From Hyphomonadaceae bacterium (lineage in GTDB: Bacteria > Pseudomonadota > Alphaproteobacteria > Caulobacterales > Aquidulcibacteraceae): a DNA stretch of 64,000 bases. The stretch is from positions 44,236-108,235 of the forward strand of contig JALHQO010000003.1 in NCBI GenBank assembly GCA_022841905.1. The letters are read 5' to 3'. A program made the position numbers and the translations under genes. Each line of letters starts with the position of its first letter. The first letter of the stretch is position 1. The notes below the pieces were generated by a model, which saw only the letters and a list, made by a program, of their open reading frames with translations, did no database searches and was not told where the DNA came from. Positions 27,229-35,540 of this stretch are shown here, piece by piece.

Positions 27229-28022
27229 TTGCCTCCGGTCACGGTGCCGAACGCGTGCACACGCACAGAGCCTGATTGCTGTGCTGGTATGCGACCGCCC
27301 GGACGGGCCATGCCCACTGTTTCTATTTGCACGCCGCGCAGAGCGAGGCTGAGGTCACCCATCTCGTTGGCCAGCGCGAGCACCCGGCTGTCTTCGGCCG
27401 TGAGTTCAAGTACGGCGACGGCGGCCTGAATGACTTGCGGCGCTTCGCCTGAGGTTTGTGTTTGCGTGGTTTCACCAAGCGCCAGGACACGCACGTCTTC
27501 GAGAATGATGTTACTGTTGACCTGTTCGCCGCCATCGGGCGTGTCGATGCGCGTGGTGACGAGGACATCGACGCGGTCGTTAGGCTGGATGTAGCCGCCG
27601 GCCGCCGTCTGGGCGTCGATCTCAAGCGAGACGGCGCGATAGCCTGGCGCGAGCTGAGCGGCCATGAAGCCGCGCCCCTCGGGCTGCACCACTGCGCCCG
27701 TCGTGATCGGCTCGCCTTGCGCGAACGCGCGCCGCGTCACAGCGCCGACCAAGTCGGCTTGCGCCGACGGTTGAGCCGAGAGGCGCACGAAGCTCGGTGA
27801 GACGGAATCTGAGGGGAAGAGGACGACCGCGAGGTCGCTCGGCGTGAGCGCCGCGCCTTGCGGCACGTCACGGGCGGCGACCAAAACTTGCTCGCCCGCG
27901 ATGGCCGCAGCGTCGGTCACTTCAGGCGCGGAATCGCTTCCGCCCATGCCGCGAATAAGCAAAAGCGCGCCGATCGCCGCGATTGCGGCAACGACAAGAA
28001 CGATCAGCTGGCGCGCTGACAT
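27225..28022 (-). CDS. cpaB: Flp pilus assembly protein CpaB/RcpC
   Basis: 265 aa. N-terminal TM anchor, SAF-like domain and RcpC domain. 4-nt overlap with cpaC. Confidence 0.9.
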   Translation of the reverse strand: MSARQLIVLVVAAIAAIGALLLIRGMGGSDSAPEVTDAAAIAGEQVLVAARDVPQGAALTPSDLAVVLFPSDSVSPSFVRLSAQPSAQADLVGAVTRRAFAQGEPITTGAVVQPEGRGFMAAQLAPGYRAVSLEIDAQTAAGGYIQPNDRVDVLVTTRIDTPDGGEQVNSNIILEDVRVLALGETTQTQTSGEAPQVIQAAVAVLELTAEDSRVLALANEMGDLSLALRGVQIETVGMARPGGRIPAQQSGSVRVHAFGTVTGGN

Positions 28023-28082
28023 TAAACTACTCCCCGTGCGTTAAGTCCCAACCATTCAAGTCGCGACCAGATCATGTTGCGG

Positions 28083-28589
28083 CTAAGGTATGGTTAACGA
28101 GGTTGACAGGAACGGAATCGATGGGATCGCCATCAGCCCCCCGGCCATGATGGCGACGCCGTATGGAATGCCGGACTGCCCGGTCAGCAGCCGATTGACG
28201 AAGGGCGGGTTTGTTTCCGTTTGCGCAACGAACTGGCGCGCGGCGAGCAGAGCCAAAGCGAGGATGCCGCCCGCCAGCACAGTGCCGAAGAGAAACGGAA
28301 TGAAGGCGACGAAGCCGGTCCAAACCGTGGCGGCCGCGAACAGCTTGGCGTCGCCGCCTCCGATAATGTTGCCGGCGAACAGGAAGTAGCCGACGACCAG
28401 CGCGCCGGCGCCGAAGGCGAGGTGCAGGCCGAACTCGGCGAGCGGCATGCCCGCCGCCAAGGCAAACACAGGGAACGCCGCCAGCATGGCGATCGAGACC
28501 CAGTTGGGAATGATCAGGCGCGCGACGTCAGAGCAGGCGGCGTAGATCAGCAGCCCCGCAAACGCGGCAATCGCAAGCAACTCAAGCAT
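28083..28589 (-). CDS. cpaA: A24-family prepilin peptidase CpaA/TadV
   Basis: 168 aa, polytopic. Catalytic Asp contexts ACSDVARLIIPN and GGGDAKL. Confidence 0.9.
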   Translation of the reverse strand: MLELLAIAAFAGLLIYAACSDVARLIIPNWVSIAMLAAFPVFALAAGMPLAEFGLHLAFGAGALVVGYFLFAGNIIGGGDAKLFAAATVWTGFVAFIPFLFGTVLAGGILALALLAARQFVAQTETNPPFVNRLLTGQSGIPYGVAIMAGGLMAIPSIPFLSTSLTIP

Positions 28590-28655
28590 CCACTTAAGCT
28601 GTCGGTGTTTCGCCCTAAGAAAGATTAAAGAGCGACAGGCTTGCTGCGCTTCAAC

Positions 28656-28689
28656 GCAAAGAAAAACGCCGCTCCGAGGGAGCGGCGTT
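28656..28689 (-). terminator. rho-independent terminator after pilA (second of two hairpins)
   Basis: The minus strand reads AACGCCGCTCC ctc GGAGCGGCGTT followed by TTTTTCTTTG. Confidence 0.7.
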
Positions 28690-28718
28690 GGAGGAGGGGA
28701 AACTATAAAAGGACGCTA

Positions 28719-28745
28719 GCGGCGCGCACCGAGGGTGCGCGCCGC
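28719..28745 (-). terminator. GC-rich hairpin directly after the pilA stop (no T-tract)
   Basis: 12-bp stem GCGGCGCGCACC / GGTGCGCGCCGC with a 3-nt loop, 14 nt after the pilA stop. Possibly an RNA-stabilising or partial-terminator element. Confidence 0.45.
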
Positions 28746-28759
28746 CGAACGGCTTCCGC

Positions 28760-28924
28760 TTAGTTAGCGGTGCTCAGGTCGGTCGAGATCTTCGTGAAGA
28801 CTTCGTCGAGGCTGGTGCCGACGAGGCCCACGGCCGTGATGATGGCGACGCCGATCAGAGCGGCGATCAGGCCGTATTCAATAGCAGTGGCGCCGTCTTC
28901 GTTGTTCAGGAAACGCTTCAACAT
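28760..28924 (-). CDS. pilA: Flp-family type IVb pilin
   Basis: 54 aa from MLKRFLNNEDGATAIEYGLIAALIG (Flp motif, predicted cleavage G/ATAIEY). SD GGAGAA upstream. The longer 65-aa ORF start is judged spurious. Confidence 0.92.
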   Translation of the reverse strand: MLKRFLNNEDGATAIEYGLIAALIGVAIITAVGLVGTSLDEVFTKISTDLSTAN

Positions 28925-29182
28925 ATCCAATTCTCCATTTTGTCGAGTGCTTTTCACCGGCCCGGTCTAGTGTCGCACCCGACACCCATCCCAGACGCAA
29001 CGCGAAACTACCGCGGCAACATTAATTTCCCGGCCTACGAACAAGTTGAAGATAGCGTTAACGGCGTTGTGCTTTGTCGCCCGCTTACTGCGTTGTCACC
29101 CGCGCACCATGCGCGCAACTTCTTAGCGATCCCGAAACCATTGGCGCGTAGCACGTATAAAGAGAGCAGAAGGATTGTGCCG

Positions 29183-29620
29183 ATGCGCGTCTCGCGCCTT
29201 GTCGTTGCTGCGTTCGCCGCGGCCTCCATGTTTCTGGCGGCCGGCGCCGCACACGCGCGCGATATTCGCGTGGCGCTCGATCAAGCTTTTCCGATCCGTC
29301 TCTCGGAACCGGCGGAAGGGGTGGCCATCGGCAATCCAACCATCGCCGGCGTTTCCGTGCAGAATGATCGCTTCCTTTTCGTCACCGGCCGCTCTTACGG
29401 CTCGACCAATCTCGTTGTCGTCGGCGCCAATGGCCGCGTGCTTTATTCAGGCCGTGTCGTGGTGACCTCGGATGAAACCGACGTTGTCATGGTTACGCGC
29501 GGCGTTGAAACCGGCCGGCTCGAGTGCACGCCGCTCTGCCGTCCGCGCCCCGATATTGGCGACGGCGCAGACTCACGAGCCGTGGCCGAACAAATCGCCG
29601 GCCGTGGCGGCAGCCGCTAG
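29183..29620 (+). CDS. pilus-formation N-terminal-domain protein (T2SS/T3SS pilN-like, exported)
   Basis: 145 aa from MRVSRLVVAAFAAASMFLAAGAAHA (signal peptide; SD agaagga). The region GVAIGNPTIAGVSVQNDRFLFVTGRSYGSTNLVV resembles the secretin N-terminal pilus-formation domain. Confidence 0.6.
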   Translation: MRVSRLVVAAFAAASMFLAAGAAHARDIRVALDQAFPIRLSEPAEGVAIGNPTIAGVSVQNDRFLFVTGRSYGSTNLVVVGANGRVLYSGRVVVTSDETDVVMVTRGVETGRLECTPLCRPRPDIGDGADSRAVAEQIAGRGGSR

Positions 29621-29699
29621 TCGCCGTTAAGCGGCGTTTACGCTCTCCTTTGACGGAAAATCAGCCCTTCTGCGCCTATACTCGGCGCTTGGAGGCGGC

Positions 29700-30248
29700 A
29701 TGTTCGCGCAAAAACTGTTCAAGCGATTGACGCTTCGACGCTTCGCGAAGGCGCGCAGCGGCTCCGCGGCCGTCGAATTCGCGCTCGTCCTTGCCCCGTT
29801 CTTTCTGTTGACGTTCGCGCTCGCTGAAGTCGCCATGATCGGCTTTGCGCAAACCAGTCTCGACAACGGCGTCTCTCGCATCGCGCGCCTGGTGCGCACA
29901 GGCCAGGCGCAAATGGGCGGACTCGGCGAAGCGCAGATCAAGGCGCGCCTCTGCCAGGAAATGAGTTCGCTTCTGGTTGTCGATTGCGCGGCCAACTTGT
30001 TTCTCGACGTCAACCGCTTCGCATCGTTCACCGCCGCCAGCCAGAACAACAGCCCGATCCAGAATGGTGAGTTTCAAGAAGCTGGCTTCTCTTACCGAGA
30101 CACGCAGCCCTCCGACATCGTCGTCGTGCGCGCTTATTATCGTTGGCAAGTGATGACGCCGATGTTCCAGCCCGTCTTCCAAAACGTGAATGGCGGCAAG
30201 CGCATCCTCGTCGCCACCATGATGTTCCGCAACGAGCCCTACCAATGA
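29700..30248 (+). CDS. TadE-like pseudopilin
   Basis: 182 aa. N-terminal motif ARSGSAAVEFALVLAPFFLL (TadE domain). Confidence 0.8.
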   Translation: MFAQKLFKRLTLRRFAKARSGSAAVEFALVLAPFFLLTFALAEVAMIGFAQTSLDNGVSRIARLVRTGQAQMGGLGEAQIKARLCQEMSSLLVVDCAANLFLDVNRFASFTAASQNNSPIQNGEFQEAGFSYRDTQPSDIVVVRAYYRWQVMTPMFQPVFQNVNGGKRILVATMMFRNEPYQ

Positions 30249-30790
30249 AGCTGTTCAAGCGCTTGCGCCGTTTCAATCGCGCCGAGAGCGGCTCGGCGGG
30301 CACCGAGTTCGCTCTGCTGGCGGCGTTGATCATGGTGCCGCTGCTGCTGGGCTCGGTCGAGCTGATCGACGTGCTCGGCACCAACAAGCGCGCGCAAAAC
30401 GCCGCCGCCTCTTTGGCCGACGTCGTGGCGCGCGATACGGAAGTCTCGAACGCTGAGATCGCGGGCCTGTGGGATGCGCTCGACATCCTGATGTATCCCG
30501 ACACGTCGACCAGCATGCGTGTCGTGCTGACCAGCGTGCGCGTCGTCAGCGCCACAAGCGCCACCGTGGTGTGGAGCGAGGCGCATGGCCAGGGCGCGAC
30601 CCGCCGCACGACCGGTACGAACGTCTCGCTCGACGCGCGCATGATGGTCCCCGGCACCAGCATCATCATGACCGAAACGAGCTACACTTATGAGCCGTTG
30701 CTTGGTTTCCTGTTTCCTGGCGACTTCGAAATGACACACGACGCCTATCGCCGCTCGCGTCTGGTCGATCCGATCCCGCGCGTGTCCTGA
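30245..30790 (+). CDS. TadE/TadF-like pseudopilin
   Basis: 181 aa from MKLFKRLRRFNRAESGSAGTEFALLAALIMVPLLL. ATGA overlap with the preceding TadE-like gene. Confidence 0.8.
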   Translation: MKLFKRLRRFNRAESGSAGTEFALLAALIMVPLLLGSVELIDVLGTNKRAQNAAASLADVVARDTEVSNAEIAGLWDALDILMYPDTSTSMRVVLTSVRVVSATSATVVWSEAHGQGATRRTTGTNVSLDARMMVPGTSIIMTETSYTYEPLLGFLFPGDFEMTHDAYRRSRLVDPIPRVS

Positions 30791-30828
30791 GGTCTTGACG
30801 CGCGCGCCGTTCGCGGGACACTCCCGCG

Positions 30829-32274
30829 ATGGAAGCTCCCAAAACGCCTGCCGAAGCCGTCGATCGGCTTGAACAGCTGCACACGCGCGCCGTGACCGCG
30901 CTGATTGAAGCGGTGCGCCGCTTTGCCGAAACCGGAACGCCGCCGACGATGGAGGAGCGCGCGCTCTTCCGCTATCCAGAGCTGCGCGTCACATATCTGC
31001 CAACTGGCCCGGCGCCGCGGCTTGCGCGCGCTTATGGCCAGCTCACCTGGCCGGGCGAATACGCCGTCTCGATCACGCAACCGGGCTATTATCGCGAGTA
31101 TCTGATCGAGCAGCTCACGCTTCTGGTTGAGGACTACGGCGCCGAGCTCAGCGTGCGCGTCAGCGACACCGAAATTCCGTACTCGTTCGTGCTCGACGCC
31201 GCGGGCGCGCGGGCATTCGATAGCGTGCCGGCCGAAGAGTTGGCGCGCTACTTTCCAAATCCGCGCCTAACCCAAGTTGGCGACGCTGTCGTCGACGGCT
31301 TGCACGTCGAGCGCCTCGACGGCTCGCGGCCGCTGGCATTGTTCGATGCGCCGCGCACCGACTATTCGCTGAAGCGCATCGAGCACTATACCGGCGCGCC
31401 GTGGCAGGACGTGCAGCCGTGGATCCTGTTCACGAATTACCAGCGCTATGTCGATGAGTTCGTGCGCTGGGCGGCGGAGGGCGTCGCCAATGGTCCGAAA
31501 GGTTGGGGGCTCTCGTGCCCGGGCGGCGTGCGCATCGAGGCAGGGGACAAAGACGGCGAAGCCAAAGCGCTCGCCGCGCCGTGGCGCAAATATCAGATGC
31601 CGGCCTATCATTTGACAACGCCCGATCGCGATGGCGTCACGCTGGTCAATATCGGCGTTGGTCCGTCCAACGCAAAAACCATCACCGATCACTTGGCGGT
31701 ATTGCGTCCGCATTGCTGGCTGATGATCGGCCATTGCGGCGGCTTGCGGCACACGCAACGCATTGGCGACTACGTGCTCGCGCACGCTTATCTACGGCGT
31801 GACAAAGTGCTGGATGATCGCGTGCCGCTCGAAGTGCCTATCCCGGCGATCGCCGAAGTGCAGATCGCGCTGCAGCAGGCAGCCACAATGGTCGCCGGCG
31901 GCGACAAGGAAGATCTACGCCGGCGGCTGCGCACTGGCACGGTCGTCTCTTATGCCGACCGCAACTGGGAGCTCAACTACAACCAGGAGCGCCAGCTGCT
32001 CAGCCAATCACGCGCCGTCGCCGTCGATATGGAAAGCGCCTGCATCGCCACGCAGGGCTTCCGTATGCGCGTGCCGTACGGCGTGCTCTTGTGCATCTCC
32101 GACAAACCCGCGCACGGCGAGATCAAACTTCCGGGCGTCTCAGATCGCTTCTACGATAGCGCCATCGGCGCGCATTTGCGGATCGGGTTGGAAACAGTGG
32201 CGTTGCTGAAACAGCAGCGCGATCGCTTGCACTCCCGCAAGCTCCGCGCCTTCGACGAGCCGCCGTTTAGATAG
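30829..32274 (+). CDS. amn: AMP nucleosidase
   Basis: 481 aa. N-terminal Amn regulatory domain plus a C-terminal PNP/UDP phosphorylase-type catalytic domain (MIGHCGGL ... AVAVDMESA). Confidence 0.85.
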   Translation: MEAPKTPAEAVDRLEQLHTRAVTALIEAVRRFAETGTPPTMEERALFRYPELRVTYLPTGPAPRLARAYGQLTWPGEYAVSITQPGYYREYLIEQLTLLVEDYGAELSVRVSDTEIPYSFVLDAAGARAFDSVPAEELARYFPNPRLTQVGDAVVDGLHVERLDGSRPLALFDAPRTDYSLKRIEHYTGAPWQDVQPWILFTNYQRYVDEFVRWAAEGVANGPKGWGLSCPGGVRIEAGDKDGEAKALAAPWRKYQMPAYHLTTPDRDGVTLVNIGVGPSNAKTITDHLAVLRPHCWLMIGHCGGLRHTQRIGDYVLAHAYLRRDKVLDDRVPLEVPIPAIAEVQIALQQAATMVAGGDKEDLRRRLRTGTVVSYADRNWELNYNQERQLLSQSRAVAVDMESACIATQGFRMRVPYGVLLCISDKPAHGEIKLPGVSDRFYDSAIGAHLRIGLETVALLKQQRDRLHSRKLRAFDEPPFR

Positions 32275-32276
32275 CC

Positions 32277-32987
32277 TCACTCCGCGCTCGGCTCTGCGCC
32301 CAATGCCGCGAGCGCCTGGTCGAAGCGCTCGACGGCATATTCTTCCGCGACAATCACGTCCGCTAAGTGAAGCCTGAGAGACATGAGCGGCCCGCGAGCA
32401 TCGTCCGCAGACGTGAACTGCGACGGCAATTGCGCGAGCACCGGGTAAAACACGGCATGCAGCTGCTCAATGCGAGCCTGAGCCTCGTAAGCGTCGTTCA
32501 GAGCAAATACCTGCTCTGGCTGCATATGCGCTAGCAGATCGCCGTTGGAGAACGTGCTCCATGCGACATCGCGCAAAGCGGACGTGTGGATGCCGGTGGC
32601 GAACACCACGGCGAGTGTCGGTCTTGCTTCCTCGGGTGTTAGCGGTTGCTCCATCGGCGCTTCCTCGAGTGCGGCGTGGAGCCGCCGGTGGTGCGGCAGT
32701 ATGGAATCCGAAAGCAACATGGCGCGATTGCCTTGCAGTTCCTCGATGAAATAGGCGCGAGCCTCCCTGACCCGCGCCGCGGTTTGCAGATCGGTGATCC
32801 AGGCGTTGATGGCGAGCGCCAGCGAGATTGAGAAGACGATCAGCAGCGATTCAAAGAGGGCGCGCGGCCCCCAGCGGCGGACAATGCTACGGCGAGGCGG
32901 TGTGACGGCGTCGGTCATGGGGCGACTTTGGCGTGACCGCGCCCGCGCTGCAATCGCCGCTTTGACGGAATGGGTTTGATCGGTCAT
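32277..32987 (-). CDS. hypothetical membrane-anchored protein
   Basis: Single TM (LFESLLIVFSISLALAINAW) then a helical domain. The longest ORF (to 33038) would overlap the divergent phosphatase gene, so an internal Met is preferred. Start uncertain (32987 or 32918). Confidence 0.4.
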   Translation of the reverse strand: MTDQTHSVKAAIAARARSRQSRPMTDAVTPPRRSIVRRWGPRALFESLLIVFSISLALAINAWITDLQTAARVREARAYFIEELQGNRAMLLSDSILPHHRRLHAALEEAPMEQPLTPEEARPTLAVVFATGIHTSALRDVAWSTFSNGDLLAHMQPEQVFALNDAYEAQARIEQLHAVFYPVLAQLPSQFTSADDARGPLMSLRLHLADVIVAEEYAVERFDQALAALGAEPSAE

Positions 32988-32997
32988 CACCGCGCTC

Positions 32998-33780
32998 ATG
33001 AGCTTTGATCGCATCCTCCCCTTCGACCGCGTCCTCAATTTCCGTGATTTCGGCGGTTGGGAGACTTCCGATGGCGCGACGGTGACGCGTGGGAAACTCT
33101 ATCGCTCCGCCTCGTTCCACGATGCGACCGACGATGATATCGCAAAGCTCAACGCCATGGAGTTACGCTTTCTCGTCGATCTGCGTCGTCCAGAAGAGCG
33201 CAAGCATGAGCCGAGCCGGTGGGAGAGCGAAGCCACCCGTATGATCTTTGATGACGAAGGCGCCGGCGGCCATGCGCTGCCGCCGCATTTTCTGGCGCTG
33301 ATGCAGAGCGATCTGACGCCGCAATCGACGCGCGACTACATGGTCAGCCTCTATCGCGAAATCCCGTTCGATCCGCGCCTCATCCGTCTCTATCGCGATT
33401 GGTTCAACGAATTGGGCGAGGGCGGGGCAGGCGTGATCCATTGCGCCGCAGGCAAGGACCGCACCGGCATTGGCTGCGCGCTCACGCTCTTCGCGCTCGG
33501 CGTGCCCGAAGACGCGATCTTCGCCGACTATGATTTCACCAATCAGGCCGTCGACCTGGAAAAGCGCATGCCGCGCATTCAAGCGCGTATGGAGGAACGC
33601 CTTGGCCGCACGCTCGATCCAGCGGCGCTGCGTCCGATGCTCGGCGTCCACGTCGATTATCTGCGCGCCGCGCTCGACGTGATCGAAGCGCAGCACGGCG
33701 CTGTAGGTGGCTACATGGAAACCGTCCTCGGCGTAGGCGCGCGTGAGCGCGACGCCTTGCGTCATGCGCTGACGGCTTAG
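32998..33780 (+). CDS. tyrosine-protein phosphatase family protein (Y_phosphatase3-like)
   Basis: 260 aa. CX5R P-loop in HCAAGKDRTG. Confidence 0.75.
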   Translation: MSFDRILPFDRVLNFRDFGGWETSDGATVTRGKLYRSASFHDATDDDIAKLNAMELRFLVDLRRPEERKHEPSRWESEATRMIFDDEGAGGHALPPHFLALMQSDLTPQSTRDYMVSLYREIPFDPRLIRLYRDWFNELGEGGAGVIHCAAGKDRTGIGCALTLFALGVPEDAIFADYDFTNQAVDLEKRMPRIQARMEERLGRTLDPAALRPMLGVHVDYLRAALDVIEAQHGAVGGYMETVLGVGARERDALRHALTA

Positions 33781-33790
33781 GAAGCGGTCT

Positions 33791-34267
33791 CTAGTGTGAT
33801 GCCGTTGTCGCGCCAGGGCGTAGGGTCGCAAGGTCGGCGGCGAGTGTGTCGCCAATCATGATTGTGAGTTCCGGCGCACGCGGCATTGCGATCGCGTATG
33901 CGCCAAACGTGGGGCGCCACGAGGGACGCTCAATGCGCAGGTCACTCAACGGAATAAAGATCGGCGGATAATTGATCATGGGAAGCGGCGGCATCGAAAT
34001 CGCCAATCCGTCCGAATAAACACGGGCGATAACCCACCAGATTTGTTCGCGGGCATCGTGCTGCCCCGCGCTTAATTGCACCACTGCGAACCAACGCACG
34101 GTTAGAGGGTCGGTAAACCCGCGGCCTTCCGGTATCGGATAGGCCAGCGCGAGCTCTTGCCATCGCCCGCCCGAAAGCGTGTAGACAAATGATAACAGCG
34201 CGTTCAGCGCGATTAAGCCGACTGCGGTCGGAAACAGCCAGAGGATGATGTCCAACAGGACGTCCAC
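33791..34267 (-). CDS. hypothetical membrane-anchored protein
   Basis: 158 aa with one N-terminal TM. Starts 3 nt after the nrdB stop on the same strand. Confidence 0.4.
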   Translation of the reverse strand: MDVLLDIILWLFPTAVGLIALNALLSFVYTLSGGRWQELALAYPIPEGRGFTDPLTVRWFAVVQLSAGQHDAREQIWWVIARVYSDGLAISMPPLPMINYPPIFIPLSDLRIERPSWRPTFGAYAIAMPRAPELTIMIGDTLAADLATLRPGATTASH

Positions 34268-34270
34268 GGA

Positions 34271-35314
34271 CTAGTTCGCGCCGCCTGCGCTCTTTCGCTT
34301 TTTTTCCATCAGCGTGTCGAAGTTCGACCAGACGCCGGTGTCGCCGTGCCAATCGCCCTTGGTGGCGGCCTTTGAGTATTCCGTGGCGCGTGCTTCGAAG
34401 AAGTTCGCGTGCTCCACGCCGTTGAGGATCGAAGTCAGCCACGGGATCGGGTGCTCGGTGACGCCGTAAATTTTCGGCAAGCCCAGCTGACCCAAGCGCC
34501 AGTCGGCGATGTAGCGGATGTATTGCTTGATATCGTCCGGCGTCATGCCCTGCACCGGGCCCATCTCAAACGCGAGATCGATGAACTTGTCTTCCATCGA
34601 CACGACGGTGCGGCAGCATTCGGCGATGTCTTCTTTGACTTCGTCCGTCAGCGCGCCAGTTTCCTTCGCGTAGGCGTGGAAGAGCTTGATCATGCCTTCG
34701 CAGTGCAAGCTCTCGTCGCGCACTGACCAAGTCACGATCTGGCCCATGCCCTTCATCTTGTTGAAGCGCGGGAAGTTCATCAGCATCGCAAACGACGCGA
34801 AGAGTTGCAGGCCTTCGGTGAAGGCGCCGAACATCGCGACGGTGCGCAGTATATCGGCATCGGTCTCGACGCCGAACTTGCCCATGTAATCGTGCTTATC
34901 GCGCATCGCCTGGTAATCGTAGAACGCCGCGAACTCGCTTTCCGGCATGCCTATGGTTTCGAGCAGCAGCGCGTAGGCTGCGACGTGGATGGTCTCGATG
35001 TTCGAGAACGACGCGAGCATCATCTTGATCTCGGTCGGCTTAAACACGCGCGAATAGCGCTCCATGTAGTTGTCGTTCACCTCGATGTCGGACTGGGTGA
35101 AGAAGCGGAAGATCTGCGTCAGCAGATTGCGTTCGCCGTCATTGAGCTTGGAGGCCCAATCCTTCACGTCCTCGCCGAGCGGGACTTCTTCCGGCATCCA
35201 GTGGACCTGCTGCTGGCGGCGCCAGAACTCGTACGCCCACGGGTAGCGGAACGGCTTGTAGCCCACCGATGGCGTGCGGAGCCCCGTCAGCTTGCTCCCG
35301 TTTTCAACAGCCAT
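34271..35314 (-). CDS. nrdB: class Ia ribonucleotide reductase small (beta) subunit
   Basis: 347 aa. Di-iron/tyrosyl radical motifs (FFTQSDIEV, EGLQLFASFAMLMNF, VRDESLH). No nrdA is adjacent. Confidence 0.92.
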   Translation of the reverse strand: MAVENGSKLTGLRTPSVGYKPFRYPWAYEFWRRQQQVHWMPEEVPLGEDVKDWASKLNDGERNLLTQIFRFFTQSDIEVNDNYMERYSRVFKPTEIKMMLASFSNIETIHVAAYALLLETIGMPESEFAAFYDYQAMRDKHDYMGKFGVETDADILRTVAMFGAFTEGLQLFASFAMLMNFPRFNKMKGMGQIVTWSVRDESLHCEGMIKLFHAYAKETGALTDEVKEDIAECCRTVVSMEDKFIDLAFEMGPVQGMTPDDIKQYIRYIADWRLGQLGLPKIYGVTEHPIPWLTSILNGVEHANFFEARATEYSKAATKGDWHGDTGVWSNFDTLMEKKRKSAGGAN

Positions 35315-35344
35315 CCGTAAGTCTCCCTATCGAAGCCGAAACGT

Positions 35345-35393
35345 ACCCTATATATAGGGAGTTCGCGGTCTGCAGCCACAAGATATGGCGCAT
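35345..35393. promoter_or_regulatory. candidate tandem NrdR boxes upstream of nrdB
   Basis: Box 1 ACCCTATATATAGGGA (35345-35360) contains a perfect 14-bp palindrome and matches about 13/16 of the remembered consensus acaCwAtATaTwGtgt. Box 2 ACAAGATATGGCGCAT (35378-35393) is a weaker half-match. Centres are about 33 bp apart, roughly 3 helical turns. Confidence 0.45.
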
Positions 35394-35496
35394 TTGTGGG
35401 CGAGTCGTCTTTAGGAAAAGTTACCAGCGCCCGGCCGCGGACCTTGCAGCGATTCAGGCTGGAGGAAAGCGCCCCCGCTGCGCCGGCTGTGGATAG

Positions 35497-35540
35497 TCAG
35501 AGCAGCCGGCTGGCCTCGTCAGAGCAGCCGGCTGGCCTCG
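35497..35540. repeat. perfect 22-bp tandem duplication spanning a stop codon
   Basis: TCAGAGCAGCCGGCTGGCCTCG occurs twice back to back (35497-35518 and 35519-35540). The second copy encodes the last 6 codons plus the stop of the cyclase gene on the minus strand. Confidence 0.95.

Noticed and set aside
28940-29182. N-terminal 81 codons of the 226-aa ORF upstream of the pilus-N-domain gene
   Set aside because: A signal peptide with a good SD begins at the internal ATG 29183. The upstream part is the pilA/cpa divergent promoter region.
28925-29182. Search for CtrA boxes (TTAA-N7-TTAAC) in the pilA promoter region, as in Caulobacter pilA
   Set aside because: Only isolated TTAA and GTTAAC occurrences were found. 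No properly spaced second half-site, so no call was made.
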